64,000 nt of DNA from Erythrobacter sp. (GCA_027311945.1 DAICXZ010000009.1:114243-178242); one strand, 5' to 3'; numbered from the stretch's first letter, positions 9,036 through 17,836 are shown. Translations and numbers: made by a program. The notes: generated by a model not told the origin, from the letters alone.

Positions 9036-9764
9036 CTAGCGGCAGGCGCCCATCACTGTCGGGCGACCCTGATCGAGGTGGAAGTGATTGGCGTGCGCGG
9101 CGTTGTAGTCAGGTGACAGGACAGTGCCGAAACTTGCGCAGGCCGCTTTGCGTGCAGCCTGCAGGAACTGGCCGCGCGCGCCCTCATCGCCCCAGTCGTC
9201 GAGCACGCTGATCCGGCGGCCATCGTCCAGCACGAAAGCGGCGATGTCGATAGCGTTGCCGGTGGCGTGCTCGCTCCAGTTGCCGGTTTGCGCGCCATAC
9301 ATGCGGCGGCACGAATAGGTGCCCAGCTGCTCGATCCGCGCGATGGGCGAGCCGAGGATATCCACGGCGAGCGGCGCGAGGTCTTTCGTCCACAAGGTGA
9401 GACCTATGGCGACCGGGCAGGTCATTTGCGGTACTGCGGGTGTTAGCGAAAGGTCCGGCAGTGTTAGCCGATCCTCGCGGCGGCACTCCCCCTCCCCTGA
9501 GGGATCGAGCGCGGTGAAGGACACTTCGCTGCGGGTCAGCACAGCGCGGCAGGTGTCTACGTCCTCTCGCGCCAGCTCGAGCTTGGCGGCAGTGGCCCAG
9601 CCCCGCTCCTGCCTCAGATCGAGCGGCGCCCAGGGGTTATGCTGCGGGTTCTCCTGCAGCCAGATCCACCCGGCATAGGCGAATGCCACCAGCGCCATGA
9701 TGGTGGCCCATGTTCCCGGCGCTGGCAGTTTCGATGGTTGGCGGCGTCGCTTTGGTCTGGCCAT
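9036..9764 (-). CDS. Extensin-like C-terminal domain protein
   Basis: Taken from the ATG at 9764 (MARPKRRRQ...), it has one TM segment and a C-terminal motif SPDYNAAHANHFHLD characteristic of extensin-like (PF06904-type) proteins. The upstream part of the listed 341-aa ORF overlaps dnaE2 and is Arg/Ser/Thr-rich junk. Confidence 0.75.
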   Translation of the reverse strand: MARPKRRRQPSKLPAPGTWATIMALVAFAYAGWIWLQENPQHNPWAPLDLRQERGWATAAKLELAREDVDTCRAVLTRSEVSFTALDPSGEGECRREDRLTLPDLSLTPAVPQMTCPVAIGLTLWTKDLAPLAVDILGSPIARIEQLGTYSCRRMYGAQTGNWSEHATGNAIDIAAFVLDDGRRISVLDDWGDEGARGQFLQAARKAACASFGTVLSPDYNAAHANHFHLDQGRPTVMGACR

Positions 9765-9765
9765 G

Positions 9766-12700
9766 TCAATGAAAGTCGCGGGACTTGGGAATGATCCTGA
9801 GATCGCGCGGATGGCCGCGCAGATCGGGGCCGTGGAAGCCGCAGTCACGGTTGCCCGGCGGCGGATCTTGCCATGGCTCGACCGGATCGCCTGCCCCTTC
9901 GCGCAGATTGTCGCGCGGGTTGGCTCTGCCGCTGGGCAGCGGTGCCTTGATATGGTCGGCGCGCGCAAGCGGGGCCGACAGCAGGTCGTCGGACAGGCGG
10001 TGAAGGTCGCGCGTTGTGTCGGTGATATGCTGGGCGATGATGTGAACCACCTCATCGTCATACTCGACCCGGCCGCGCACTTCCATCAGACGTGCGCCCA
10101 TCACCACGCGGCGCAGACGCTCCATGAGGTCGGGCCAGACCACCACGTTGGCGACGCCGGTCTCGTCCTCTATGGTGATGAAGCAGACGCCCTTGGCAGA
10201 GCCGGGCCGCTGGCGGATCAGCACCACGCCCGCCACCTGCACCATCGCCCGGTTCTTGCGCGCACGCAGGTCTGCCGCGCGAACGAATCCGCGCTCGCCC
10301 AGCGAGGCGCGCAGGAAACTCATCGGGTGGGCCTTCAGGCTGAGCCTCGTGGTCTGGTAGTCGGTTACGACCTCCTCGCTGAGCGACATTCTGGGCAGCA
10401 GTGCCCGGCCCCGCTCGGCCCCTTCCTCGCGCGTTTCGGCGTGGGTAAACAGCGGCAGGTCGGGCGCGGCGACGAGGCTGCGCGCATCCCACAGGGCCTG
10501 CCTACGGGTGAGCCCTAATGAGCCGAAACAGTCGGCGCTGGCGAGCTTCTCGATATGCGCGGGGGTAAGCCTGGCCCGTTCGCGCAGATCGGCCACATCG
10601 GCAAAAGCCCCGCCTGCCTGCCGCGCGGCGACCAGCATAGCGGCGGCGTGTTCGGACAGTCCGTCAAGCTGACGAAAGCCCAAGCGTAGGGCGATGTCGC
10701 GGTCTTGCCTGCCGGATTGCGGGGGGGCGCTCACAGAGACCGCAGAAGACGCAGAGATGATATCGCATTCCATATCCCTCTGCGCTTTATTAAAGCCTGC
10801 GGCGCTGTTGTCCTCTGTGCCTTTGTGTCTCTGTGAGTGCCCCTCCAAAACCTCCAGCGTACAATCCCATTCCGAGTGGTTCACATCGACCGGCAGCACC
10901 ACAACGCCATGCTCGCGCGCATCGCGCACGATCTGCGCCGGTGCGTAAAACCCCATCGGCTGCGAATTGAGCAAGGCGCAGGCGAAAGCACCGGGGAAAT
11001 GGCACTTCAACCAGCTCGAAACATAGACGAGATGCGCAAAGCTCGCCGCGTGGCTTTCGGGAAAGCCATATTCGCCAAAGCCCTTGATCTGGTTGAAGCA
11101 CCGCTCCGAAAAGTCCGGATCATAGCCGCGCTTTATCATTCGCCCGACCATCATGTCCTGCAATTCGTCGACCATGCCCCGGCTGCGGAAGGTGGCCATG
11201 GCCTTGCGCAGTCGGTTCGCTTCGAGCGCGTTGAACTTCGCCGCATCGAGCGCGATCTTCATCGCCTGCTCCTGAAAGATAGGCACGCCCAAGGTCCGCT
11301 TGAGAATGCTCGACAATTCATCAGGCGGGCCGTGTTCGGGACTGGGCGCCGGTATTTCCACCGCCTCCGCCCCGCGCCGCCGGCGCAGATAGGGGTGCAC
11401 CATATCGCCCTGAATCGGGCCGGGGCGCACGATGGCGACCTGGATCACAAGATCGTAGAACTCGCGCGGGCGCAGCCGGGGCAGCATGTTCATCTGCGCG
11501 CGGCTCTCGACCTGAAACACCCCCAGCGAATCGCCCTTGCGCAGCATCGCGTAGGTCTCTTCGTCCTCGCGCGGCACCGTTGCCAGCGTGAGCGCGCGGC
11601 CATGGTGATCCTCCAGCAGGTCGAGGCACTTGCGGATGCAGGTCAGCATTCCCAGCGCCAGCACGTCGACCTTGAGGATGCCGAGCGCGTCGATATCGTC
11701 CTTGTCCCACTCGATGAACGAACGCTCGGGCATGGCACCGTTGCCGATCGGCACCGTCTCGGTGAGCGGGCTGGCGGTGAGAATGAAGCCGCCGACATGC
11801 TGGCTGAGATGGCGCGGCATGCCGATCATCTGCTCGGTCAGCGCCAGCACGCGGCGCAGGTGCGGGTCGGAAAGGTCCATGCCGATTTCCTCGGCGTGCC
11901 GGTGGCTCACCTCGCGGCCCATGCTGCCCCAGACCGTGCGCGCCAGCGCCGAGGTGACGTCCTCGCTAAGGCCCATCACCTTGCCCACCTCGCGGATGGC
12001 CATGCGCGGGCGATAGTGGATCACCGTCGCGCACAGCCCGGCGCGGTGGCGGCCATACTTGCGGTAGATGTACTGGATCACTTCCTCGCGCCGCTCGTGC
12101 TCGAAGTCGACGTCGATATCGGGTGGCTCCTTGCGCTCCTCGGAGATGAAGCGGTCGAACAGCAGCGCGTGTTTCGCCGGGTCCACGCTGGTGATGCCGA
12201 GCACGTAGCAGACAGCCGAATTGGCCGCGCTGCCGCGCCCCTGGCACAGGATCGGCGGCTCCTGCCCGCGAGCGAAATCGACGATGTCCTTGATGGTGAG
12301 GAAATAGCGCGCAAGGCCCAGCTTGCCGATCAGCTTCAGCTCGCGCTCCAGCGTCTCGCGGACGGTCTGGGGAACGCCTTGCGGGAACTCTTCGATCGGA
12401 TAGCGCTGCGTCGCACCGAGCCATGTCTCGGCTTCGAGATGCTGCTGCGGGGTGCGGCCTTCGGGGTAAATCTCCTCGGGGTAGTCGTAGGCCAGCTCTT
12501 CCAGATCGAACGTGCAGGCATCGGCCACCTGCCGCGCCGCGTGGATCGCGTGGGGCCAGCGGGCGAACAGGCGCTCCATTTCCTGCGTGGACTTCAGGTG
12601 CCGCTCGGCATTGGCGTGAAGCAGGTGACCGGCCTGAGCGATGGTGGTCTTGTGGCGGATCGCCGTCATCACGTCTTGCAGCGGGCGGCGTTCGGGGGCG

Positions 12701-13437
12701 TGGTGGTGGACGTCATTGGTGGCGAGGATCGTCATCGCATTGGCGCGCGCGAGCATGTCGAGCCGCTCGATCCTTGCGATATCGTCGCCGGCATAGAGGA
12801 AACAGGTGGCAAGGTGCTTCATGGTGGGGAGTTGCTCGGCAAGGTGCGGGAGCAGGTCGACATAGGCGGCGGTGAGCGGGCGGGTTTTTGCGTCTCTGCG
12901 TGAACCCGAAACGGGAAAGGCCACCACGTTGTCCTCCACCGCGATGGTGAACTCAGCCGTCAGATCGCGCGGAGGCAGCGCAATCAGGTGCACCCCCTCG
13001 GCATGAGCCGCCAGCATCGCGAGCGAAATTGCACAGGCGCCCTTGTCCTGCCACTCGCCGTCCAGCGTCTGCATCCGGCCTGCCGAGATCAGCCGACACA
13101 GGTGCCCATAGGCGGCGCGGTCTTGCGGATAGGCGAGGAAGGCGAGCCCTTCGACCGTCTCGATCCGGCAGCCGATCACCGGACGCAGCTTCAGCGCCTT
13201 GGCCTCGCCATGCACCCTCACCACGCCCGCCATCGAATTGGCATCGGCAATGCCCAGCGCATCGTAGCCCAGCGCCCGCGCGGTGAGCGCAAGATCGACC
13301 GCGTCGGAAGCCCCGCGCAGGAAGGAAAAACAGCTCATCACCCCCAGCTCGACGAAACTGGCGCGCGGCGGCTGCCCGATCAGTTCGGGATCGACTTCGA
13401 CATGGCGTTTGCCGGGTGTGAGCGGAGCGTCAGGCAC
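9766..13437 (-). CDS. dnaE2: Error-prone DNA polymerase DnaE2 (ImuC)
   Basis: 1223 aa. It has a PHP domain at the N-terminus (FVELGVMSCFSFLRGAS), a Pol III alpha core, and the C-terminal tail ...ILPKSRDFH typical of DnaE2. A LexA box lies upstream and imuA/imuB are nearby. Confidence 0.92.
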   Translation of the reverse strand: MPDAPLTPGKRHVEVDPELIGQPPRASFVELGVMSCFSFLRGASDAVDLALTARALGYDALGIADANSMAGVVRVHGEAKALKLRPVIGCRIETVEGLAFLAYPQDRAAYGHLCRLISAGRMQTLDGEWQDKGACAISLAMLAAHAEGVHLIALPPRDLTAEFTIAVEDNVVAFPVSGSRRDAKTRPLTAAYVDLLPHLAEQLPTMKHLATCFLYAGDDIARIERLDMLARANAMTILATNDVHHHAPERRPLQDVMTAIRHKTTIAQAGHLLHANAERHLKSTQEMERLFARWPHAIHAARQVADACTFDLEELAYDYPEEIYPEGRTPQQHLEAETWLGATQRYPIEEFPQGVPQTVRETLERELKLIGKLGLARYFLTIKDIVDFARGQEPPILCQGRGSAANSAVCYVLGITSVDPAKHALLFDRFISEERKEPPDIDVDFEHERREEVIQYIYRKYGRHRAGLCATVIHYRPRMAIREVGKVMGLSEDVTSALARTVWGSMGREVSHRHAEEIGMDLSDPHLRRVLALTEQMIGMPRHLSQHVGGFILTASPLTETVPIGNGAMPERSFIEWDKDDIDALGILKVDVLALGMLTCIRKCLDLLEDHHGRALTLATVPREDEETYAMLRKGDSLGVFQVESRAQMNMLPRLRPREFYDLVIQVAIVRPGPIQGDMVHPYLRRRRGAEAVEIPAPSPEHGPPDELSSILKRTLGVPIFQEQAMKIALDAAKFNALEANRLRKAMATFRSRGMVDELQDMMVGRMIKRGYDPDFSERCFNQIKGFGEYGFPESHAASFAHLVYVSSWLKCHFPGAFACALLNSQPMGFYAPAQIVRDAREHGVVVLPVDVNHSEWDCTLEVLEGHSQRHKGTEDNSAAGFNKAQRDMECDIISASSAVSVSAPPQSGRQDRDIALRLGFRQLDGLSEHAAAMLVAARQAGGAFADVADLRERARLTPAHIEKLASADCFGSLGLTRRQALWDARSLVAAPDLPLFTHAETREEGAERGRALLPRMSLSEEVVTDYQTTRLSLKAHPMSFLRASLGERGFVRAADLRARKNRAMVQVAGVVLIRQRPGSAKGVCFITIEDETGVANVVVWPDLMERLRRVVMGARLMEVRGRVEYDDEVVHIIAQHITDTTRDLHRLSDDLLSAPLARADHIKAPLPSGRANPRDNLREGAGDPVEPWQDPPPGNRDCGFHGPDLRGHPRDLRIIPKSRDFH
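10721..10846. repeat. 126-bp imperfect palindromic (MITE/RPE-like) element inserted in frame in dnaE2
   Basis: The terminal inverted repeats are gggggggcgctcacagagac (10721-10740) and gtctctgtgagtgcccctcc (10827-10846), matching at 18 of 20 positions. The interior is visibly AT-richer than the rest of the gene. The length is 42 codons, translated as EGHSQRHKGTEDNSAAGFNKAQRDMECDIISASSAVSVSAPP. Confidence 0.5.
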
Positions 13438-13491
13438 AGGCGCCTTCGCACCGACGAGCGCGCTTTTGGATGATCGTAGCCTGCGGCATAT

Positions 13492-13506
13492 GTTCTATAT
13501 ATGTTC
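13492..13506. promoter_or_regulatory. Alphaproteobacterial LexA box (GTTC-N7-GTTC) upstream of dnaE2
   Basis: An exact GTTCtatatatGTTC lies about 55 nt upstream of the dnaE2 start, in an AT-rich patch. Confidence 0.65.
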
Positions 13507-13672
13507 TTATAATTGAGCCGCCAACCACTTTCGTCTGTAGGGAACCCTTGCACTTGGCTCACGTATGGTTAGAGCGCGCTAGCGGCCGGGCCCCTCTGGC
13601 GAGCATGTGCTCGTGATGTCGGACGCTTCAACAGGGGCCGTTTCGCAATGCGGCCCTCAGTAACAGGGACCA

Positions 13673-14473
13673 TTGATGGACATCCTCGCCCTCCTTTCCG
13701 ATCCCGGCGCATGGCTCGCGCTGCTTACGCTGATTGCGCTCGAAGTCGTGCTCGGGATCGACAACCTCATCTTCATCGCCATTCTCTCGAACAAGCTGCC
13801 CGTGCACCAGCAGCAGCGCGCACGCCGCATCGGCCTCGCGCTGGCCCTGGTGATGCGGATTGGCCTGCTGATGCTGATCGGGTGGCTGGTCACCTTGCAG
13901 GCGCCGCTGTTCGATCTCGGCATCCGCGGTGCCCCCGGCCCCTATGGCGAGCCAACCTTCGATACCGCTTTCTCGGGCCGTGACCTGATCCTTCTGGCAG
14001 GCGGCCTGTTCCTGCTATGGAAGGCCACCAAGGAGATTCACCACTCGATGGAGCCGGAAGACCAGTCGGGCGATCTGCTGGATAAGACCCCCGGTGTGGC
14101 TGCTGCGGCCACGGCCACCTTCGGCACGGTGATCCTGCAGATCGTGGCGATCGACATGGTGTTCTCGGTCGATTCAATCCTCACCGCCGTTGGCATGACC
14201 GACGAGATCCCGATCATGGTCACGGCCGTTGTGATCACCGTGGGCGTCATGATGTTGGCGGCCGATCCGCTGTCAAAGTTCATCGAGAAGAACCCGACGC
14301 TGGTGATGTTGGCGCTGGCCTTCCTCGTAATGATCGGCCTCGTGCTGATCGCCGATGGCTTCGGCGTCCACGTGCCGAAGGGCTACATCTATGCGGCGAT
14401 GGGCTTCTCTGTCGGCGTGGAAATGCTCAACATGGTGCAGCGGAACCGGCGCGCGAAAAAGGCTCTGAACTAG
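13673..14473 (+). CDS. TerC family integral membrane protein
   Basis: 266 aa. Contains [16 protein letters not shown] and a second half-repeat with [10 protein letters not shown], typical of the TerC/YoaE-type family. Confidence 0.85.
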   Translation: MMDILALLSDPGAWLALLTLIALEVVLGIDNLIFIAILSNKLPVHQQQRARRIGLALALVMRIGLLMLIGWLVTLQAPLFDLGIRGAPGPYGEPTFDTAFSGRDLILLAGGLFLLWKATKEIHHSMEPEDQSGDLLDKTPGVAAAATATFGTVILQIVAIDMVFSVDSILTAVGMTDEIPIMVTAVVITVGVMMLAADPLSKFIEKNPTLVMLALAFLVMIGLVLIADGFGVHVPKGYIYAAMGFSVGVEMLNMVQRNRRAKKALN

Positions 14474-14483
14474 ACTGGATATT

Positions 14484-14518
14484 TGCGGCAAGGCGGAAAA
14501 ATCATCCGCCTTGCCGCA
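14484..14518. terminator. Bidirectional stem-loop between convergent genes
   Basis: tgcggcaaggcgga-aaaatca-tccgccttgccgca is a 14-bp perfect stem with A/T-rich flanks. It lies between the TerC stop and the lipoprotein stop. Confidence 0.6.
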
Positions 14519-14527
14519 ATTGCCATA

Positions 14528-14968
14528 TTATCTTGGGGCCGGTGCTGGCGTTTCCACGCGCATCGCTTCGGGCAGAGCCATGAGATCTTCTGCGGTTATC
14601 GAAGTAACAAGATCGATATCGTCGCCCCGGCGTTCGACGGTGAGATCCGCGACCGGCACTTCGACATAGCGATCCGGGTTGCTGTCTTCGATTTCCACGA
14701 GCAGGCGATCGACCGTGCCTCCCGCATCGCGCCGGACCGCAGCGACATCGGCCAGCTCGCGTCCATCGGCGCTGCGCAGCTCGCCTTCGAGCAATTCCGC
14801 TTCGGTCAAGCCGAGAGCCACGATGGTGTTGCCCGACTGTACGGCGCTGGCTTCGGCGGCCATTTCGATCTGGTCTTCGGCCCGCTCCTGCGCCGTATCG
14901 TTGTCCGCGCAGGAGGCCAGAATCACTGCTGGGGCGAGAATTATCGACTTTAATACATAGCTTTGCAT
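14528..14968 (-). CDS. Lipoprotein, PRC-barrel-like
   Basis: 146 aa with a lipobox (VILASC). The acidic mature part has a pattern (GRELADVAAVRRDAGGTVDRLLVEI...YVEVPVADL) that resembles PRC-barrel domains. Confidence 0.55.
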   Translation of the reverse strand: MQSYVLKSIILAPAVILASCADNDTAQERAEDQIEMAAEASAVQSGNTIVALGLTEAELLEGELRSADGRELADVAAVRRDAGGTVDRLLVEIEDSNPDRYVEVPVADLTVERRGDDIDLVTSITAEDLMALPEAMRVETPAPAPR

Positions 14969-15012
14969 GGCACTTCTTTCTCTTGAGGGGAATAGTCACA
15001 TAAGTGCGACGT

Positions 15013-16620
15013 TCACCCGCACAACCCCTGCAAGAACCAGTCGGGCATTCCGCCGCGCCCGTCATCGGGAAGGCCGCTGCGATAAATCCAGTAGCGACGG
15101 CCTTCGCCGTCCTCGACGCGGTAATAGTCGCGCAGGCGGGCATTACCGCGCTCTCGCCACCATTCGGGCGCTATCCGCTCCGGCCCTTCGACGCGCGCCA
15201 CCTCGTGCACCTCGCCGCGCCAGCGGAACCGGCGTGGGTAGCCATCGGGGCTGGCATACAGCACCGAAATCGCCTCCGCCTTGTCGAGCAGCTTGGCCGG
15301 GCGGGCGTGGAAGCGCAGCTCTTCCTGATGGACCGGCTCTGGCTCCAGCGGGGGCTGCCAGCGCAGGATTCGTTCGGGAATGTGGCTGGGATGCAGCACC
15401 GGACGGCGCACCGCCCCTGCTCCAAGCCGTACGCTGAGCCGGTCGATACAGGCTGCGAGCGAGGTGCCGTGCTCCTCGGCGGCGGTTTCGAGATCGGCCT
15501 GACCCAGCGGTAGCGGCTGCGCCCAGCTGGCGGTGAGGCGCACCATCTCGATCCCGAACCCGGCGTCGATATCGTCGAGCTTTGCCGCGAACAGGCGACA
15601 GATATGTGCGGCTTCGCGGGTGGCAGAGGCGAGTTCGAGGCGGCGTGCCAGCACCTCTCCATCGACCCGCCACAAGGCCAGATCGAGCCGCCGCGCACCC
15701 TCGCCCCGGCCTTCGAGCAGCCGTTCCATATCCGCCGCCAGATCGGCCATCACCGTGTCGAGCGAAGCGCGGTGGCGCACCGGCTCCATCAGGCGGCGCT
15801 GCACCAGTGGCACCTCGGGCATGGCCACCGGCAGCAGCGGTTCGGGCACATGGCCGATAAGCTGGTCGAGCCGGATCAACGGGTTGGCGCTGGCCGCATG
15901 GCGGGTGCGGAAACGACGGCGCAACGCGTCGCGTCCGCTGGCCTGATCGCCCTCGCCACTCTCGACCCGCGCCAGCTCGCCAATCCGCTTCAGGCCGAGC
16001 CGGCGCAATACCAGCAGCACGTCGGGATCGAGCCTGAGTGCAGCGACCGGCAGATCGGCCAAGTGCGCCAGCGGATCGTGGCCAGGCGCAAGGATCGCGC
16101 GCTCTGGCCCATGGTGCGCCAGCGCCCAGGCCGCGCCCGCTGTGGGCGCAATCGCCGCACGCACCGTCAGCCCGCGCGCGGTGCAGCGGCCCACCACGTC
16201 GGTCAGCAAGGCCCCCTCGCCGCCGAATAGGTGCGCCAACGCTGACACATCGACCAGCACGCCATCGGGCGCATCGAGCGCGCTCCACGGCCCCCAGCGC
16301 TGCGCCCACAAGGCGAACCGTTCGAGAAAGGCGAGATCGCCCGCCGGGTCTGCCGCGCGCAGGGCGAGGCTCGGGCACAAGGTGCGCGCATCGGCCAGCA
16401 TCATGCCCGGCGCTGCGCCTTCGGCCAGCGCCGCCGCGTTCGCCGCCGCGATGCGCGGACCATGGGCCGTATCCACGGTCAGAACCAGCGGCGCGGCATC
16501 TGCCCCCTTTCCGGGCGCGAAGCCTTCAGCCTGCCGCCAGCGATCGAGCGCCAGCGTCCGGCACCAGATCGCCATGATCCGGCGTGGAGACGCGTTCGGC
16601 GCCAAGGGCGTGTCCATCAT
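15013..16620 (-). CDS. imuB: Y-family DNA polymerase-like protein ImuB
   Basis: The translation ...RRIMAIWCRTLALDRWRQ...LADARTLCPSL...VDVSALAHLFGGE matches the ImuB family. It follows imuA on the same strand. The start is uncertain (16620, 16617 or 16575), and the listed start at 16782 lies deep inside imuA. Confidence 0.85.
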   Translation of the reverse strand: MMDTPLAPNASPRRIMAIWCRTLALDRWRQAEGFAPGKGADAAPLVLTVDTAHGPRIAAANAAALAEGAAPGMMLADARTLCPSLALRAADPAGDLAFLERFALWAQRWGPWSALDAPDGVLVDVSALAHLFGGEGALLTDVVGRCTARGLTVRAAIAPTAGAAWALAHHGPERAILAPGHDPLAHLADLPVAALRLDPDVLLVLRRLGLKRIGELARVESGEGDQASGRDALRRRFRTRHAASANPLIRLDQLIGHVPEPLLPVAMPEVPLVQRRLMEPVRHRASLDTVMADLAADMERLLEGRGEGARRLDLALWRVDGEVLARRLELASATREAAHICRLFAAKLDDIDAGFGIEMVRLTASWAQPLPLGQADLETAAEEHGTSLAACIDRLSVRLGAGAVRRPVLHPSHIPERILRWQPPLEPEPVHQEELRFHARPAKLLDKAEAISVLYASPDGYPRRFRWRGEVHEVARVEGPERIAPEWWRERGNARLRDYYRVEDGEGRRYWIYRSGLPDDGRGGMPDWFLQGLCG

Positions 16621-17254
16621 CGCGCAAGGTCCATTCTCCCGGAGCGTGCCCGCGGGCACGGAACAGTTCCGCATGCCAGCTCGGATGGCCGGGAGCGCCC
16701 CGGTCCCACAGCGGCGGAACCGACGGAGACGAGCGCACCCGCCAGCGCATCCGCGCCGAGCCAAGGTCAGGCCGGGCATCATGCCGAAGCACGAACAACG
16801 GCACGTCGTGCCGCTCTGCCGCGAGGGTGAGCCGGCGCGAGGCGGTGAAGTCCATCTCCTTGGGGTTGCCGGCGATCTCCCCGATCACGCAGGCCAGATC
16901 GCGGCAGCGCAGGCCTTCCTCCAGGGCAAACAGCGCATCCTTGGCACTGTCTGCCGCAACGTGGATCACCCGGTGGCGCAGCCCCGGTGGCAGACCGGGG
17001 GGATAGGGCCGCCCGCTCAGCCGGATCGCCGCCTTGTCCTGCACCCACAGCAGTGCGCGCTGTTCCAGCCTGCCCCGCTCGCGCTGGCGTAATGCCCCGC
17101 CTGCCAGCGCCAGGAGCGCGCCCATGCCGCCGCCATCGCTGGACGCGGCGAAGATTTCGCTATGCAGCGCCGGGGCAACGCCGGGATGCCAGCGCGGGTT
17201 GCGCGCGCCCGCATGCACCAGTTCCACCGCCCGTGGCAGCGAGGCCAGTTCCAT
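16526..17254 (-). CDS. imuA: Translesion/SOS mutagenesis protein ImuA (RecA/SulA-like)
   Basis: 242 aa. It sits directly upstream of imuB and is preceded by a LexA box. The motif LLWVQD...GLRCRDLACVIGE fits the ImuA family. Confidence 0.8.
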   Translation of the reverse strand: MELASLPRAVELVHAGARNPRWHPGVAPALHSEIFAASSDGGGMGALLALAGGALRQRERGRLEQRALLWVQDKAAIRLSGRPYPPGLPPGLRHRVIHVAADSAKDALFALEEGLRCRDLACVIGEIAGNPKEMDFTASRRLTLAAERHDVPLFVLRHDARPDLGSARMRWRVRSSPSVPPLWDRGAPGHPSWHAELFRARGHAPGEWTLRDDGHALGAERVSTPDHGDLVPDAGARSLAAG

Positions 17255-17268
17255 GATTCGACTCCTTT

Positions 17269-17283
17269 GTTCTTATTATGTTC
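17269..17283. promoter_or_regulatory. Alphaproteobacterial LexA box (GTTC-N7-GTTC) upstream of imuA
   Basis: An exact GTTCttattatGTTC lies 15 nt upstream of the imuA ATG, in the divergent region shared with the gene starting at 17354. Confidence 0.65.
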
Positions 17284-17353
17284 TTGTACTCGCGTCATGA
17301 CAAGAGCGGAACCGCAGCGTCGACACGCCGTTGGTAAACAAAGGAGATTGTTT

Positions 17354-17824
17354 ATGACCGACACTGACGACCTCAAGAAGCGCTTCTGGAAGACGCTGGA
17401 CGACAGCCCTTTCGTGTTCCTCCAACACGACAGCGACCCCAGCACCGCCGTGCCGATGACGGCCCAGCTCGACAAGGACGCCAATCATGCGATCTGGTTC
17501 TTCGGTCGCCGTTCGTCTGCCCTCGCCAAGGGCGGTCCTGTCACCGCGACTTTCGCGGGCAAGGGGCACGAAATGTTCGCCCGCTTCAGCGGTGTGCTCA
17601 GTGAAGAGCCCAGCCGCGAGCGGCTTGAGCAGTTCTGGGGCAAGCCGGTGGAAGCCTGGTATCCGCAGGGAAAACAGGACCCCGAGCTGATCCTTCTGCG
17701 CATGGATCTAGGCGAGGCCGAACTGTGGAACTCCGACCTCGGCTTCCTCGATACGGCACGCATGCTGTTCGGCTTCGACATGCTCGACGAAGCGAAGGAC
17801 GAACACGCAGAAACAATGCTCTAA
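17354..17824 (+). CDS. Pyridoxamine 5'-phosphate oxidase-like / general stress protein 26 family
   Basis: The ATG at 17354 is preceded by AAGGAG at 17341-17346. The translation MTDTDDLKKRFWKTLDDSPFVFLQ...AIWFF...AELW fits the PNPOx-like split-barrel family. Confidence 0.72.
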   Translation: MTDTDDLKKRFWKTLDDSPFVFLQHDSDPSTAVPMTAQLDKDANHAIWFFGRRSSALAKGGPVTATFAGKGHEMFARFSGVLSEEPSRERLEQFWGKPVEAWYPQGKQDPELILLRMDLGEAELWNSDLGFLDTARMLFGFDMLDEAKDEHAETML

Positions 17825-17836
17825 CCGCGTTGGGTC

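Noticed and set aside
10837-12903. 688-aa plus-strand ORF, plus several 100-270-aa ORFs overlapping dnaE2
   Set aside because: They are antisense to, or out of frame with, a full-length DnaE2 that has conserved motifs from end to end. Their translations are dominated by Arg, Ala, Gly, His and Leu, with no domain signatures.
13507-13672. Possible yybP-ykoY (Mn) or alx-type riboswitch or leader in front of the TerC-family gene
   Set aside because: I could not find the conserved yybP-ykoY core sequences. Only one generic hairpin is present (gggccg-tttcgcaatg-cggccc). A covariance-model scan would be needed to settle this.
15143-16378. 411-aa minus-strand ORF in an alternative frame of imuB, and similar Arg/Pro-rich ORFs across 15.0-17.3 kb
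   Set aside because: Their extreme Arg/Ala/Gly/Pro composition is what off-frame reading of GC-rich codons produces. The imuB and imuA frames carry the recognisable family sequence.
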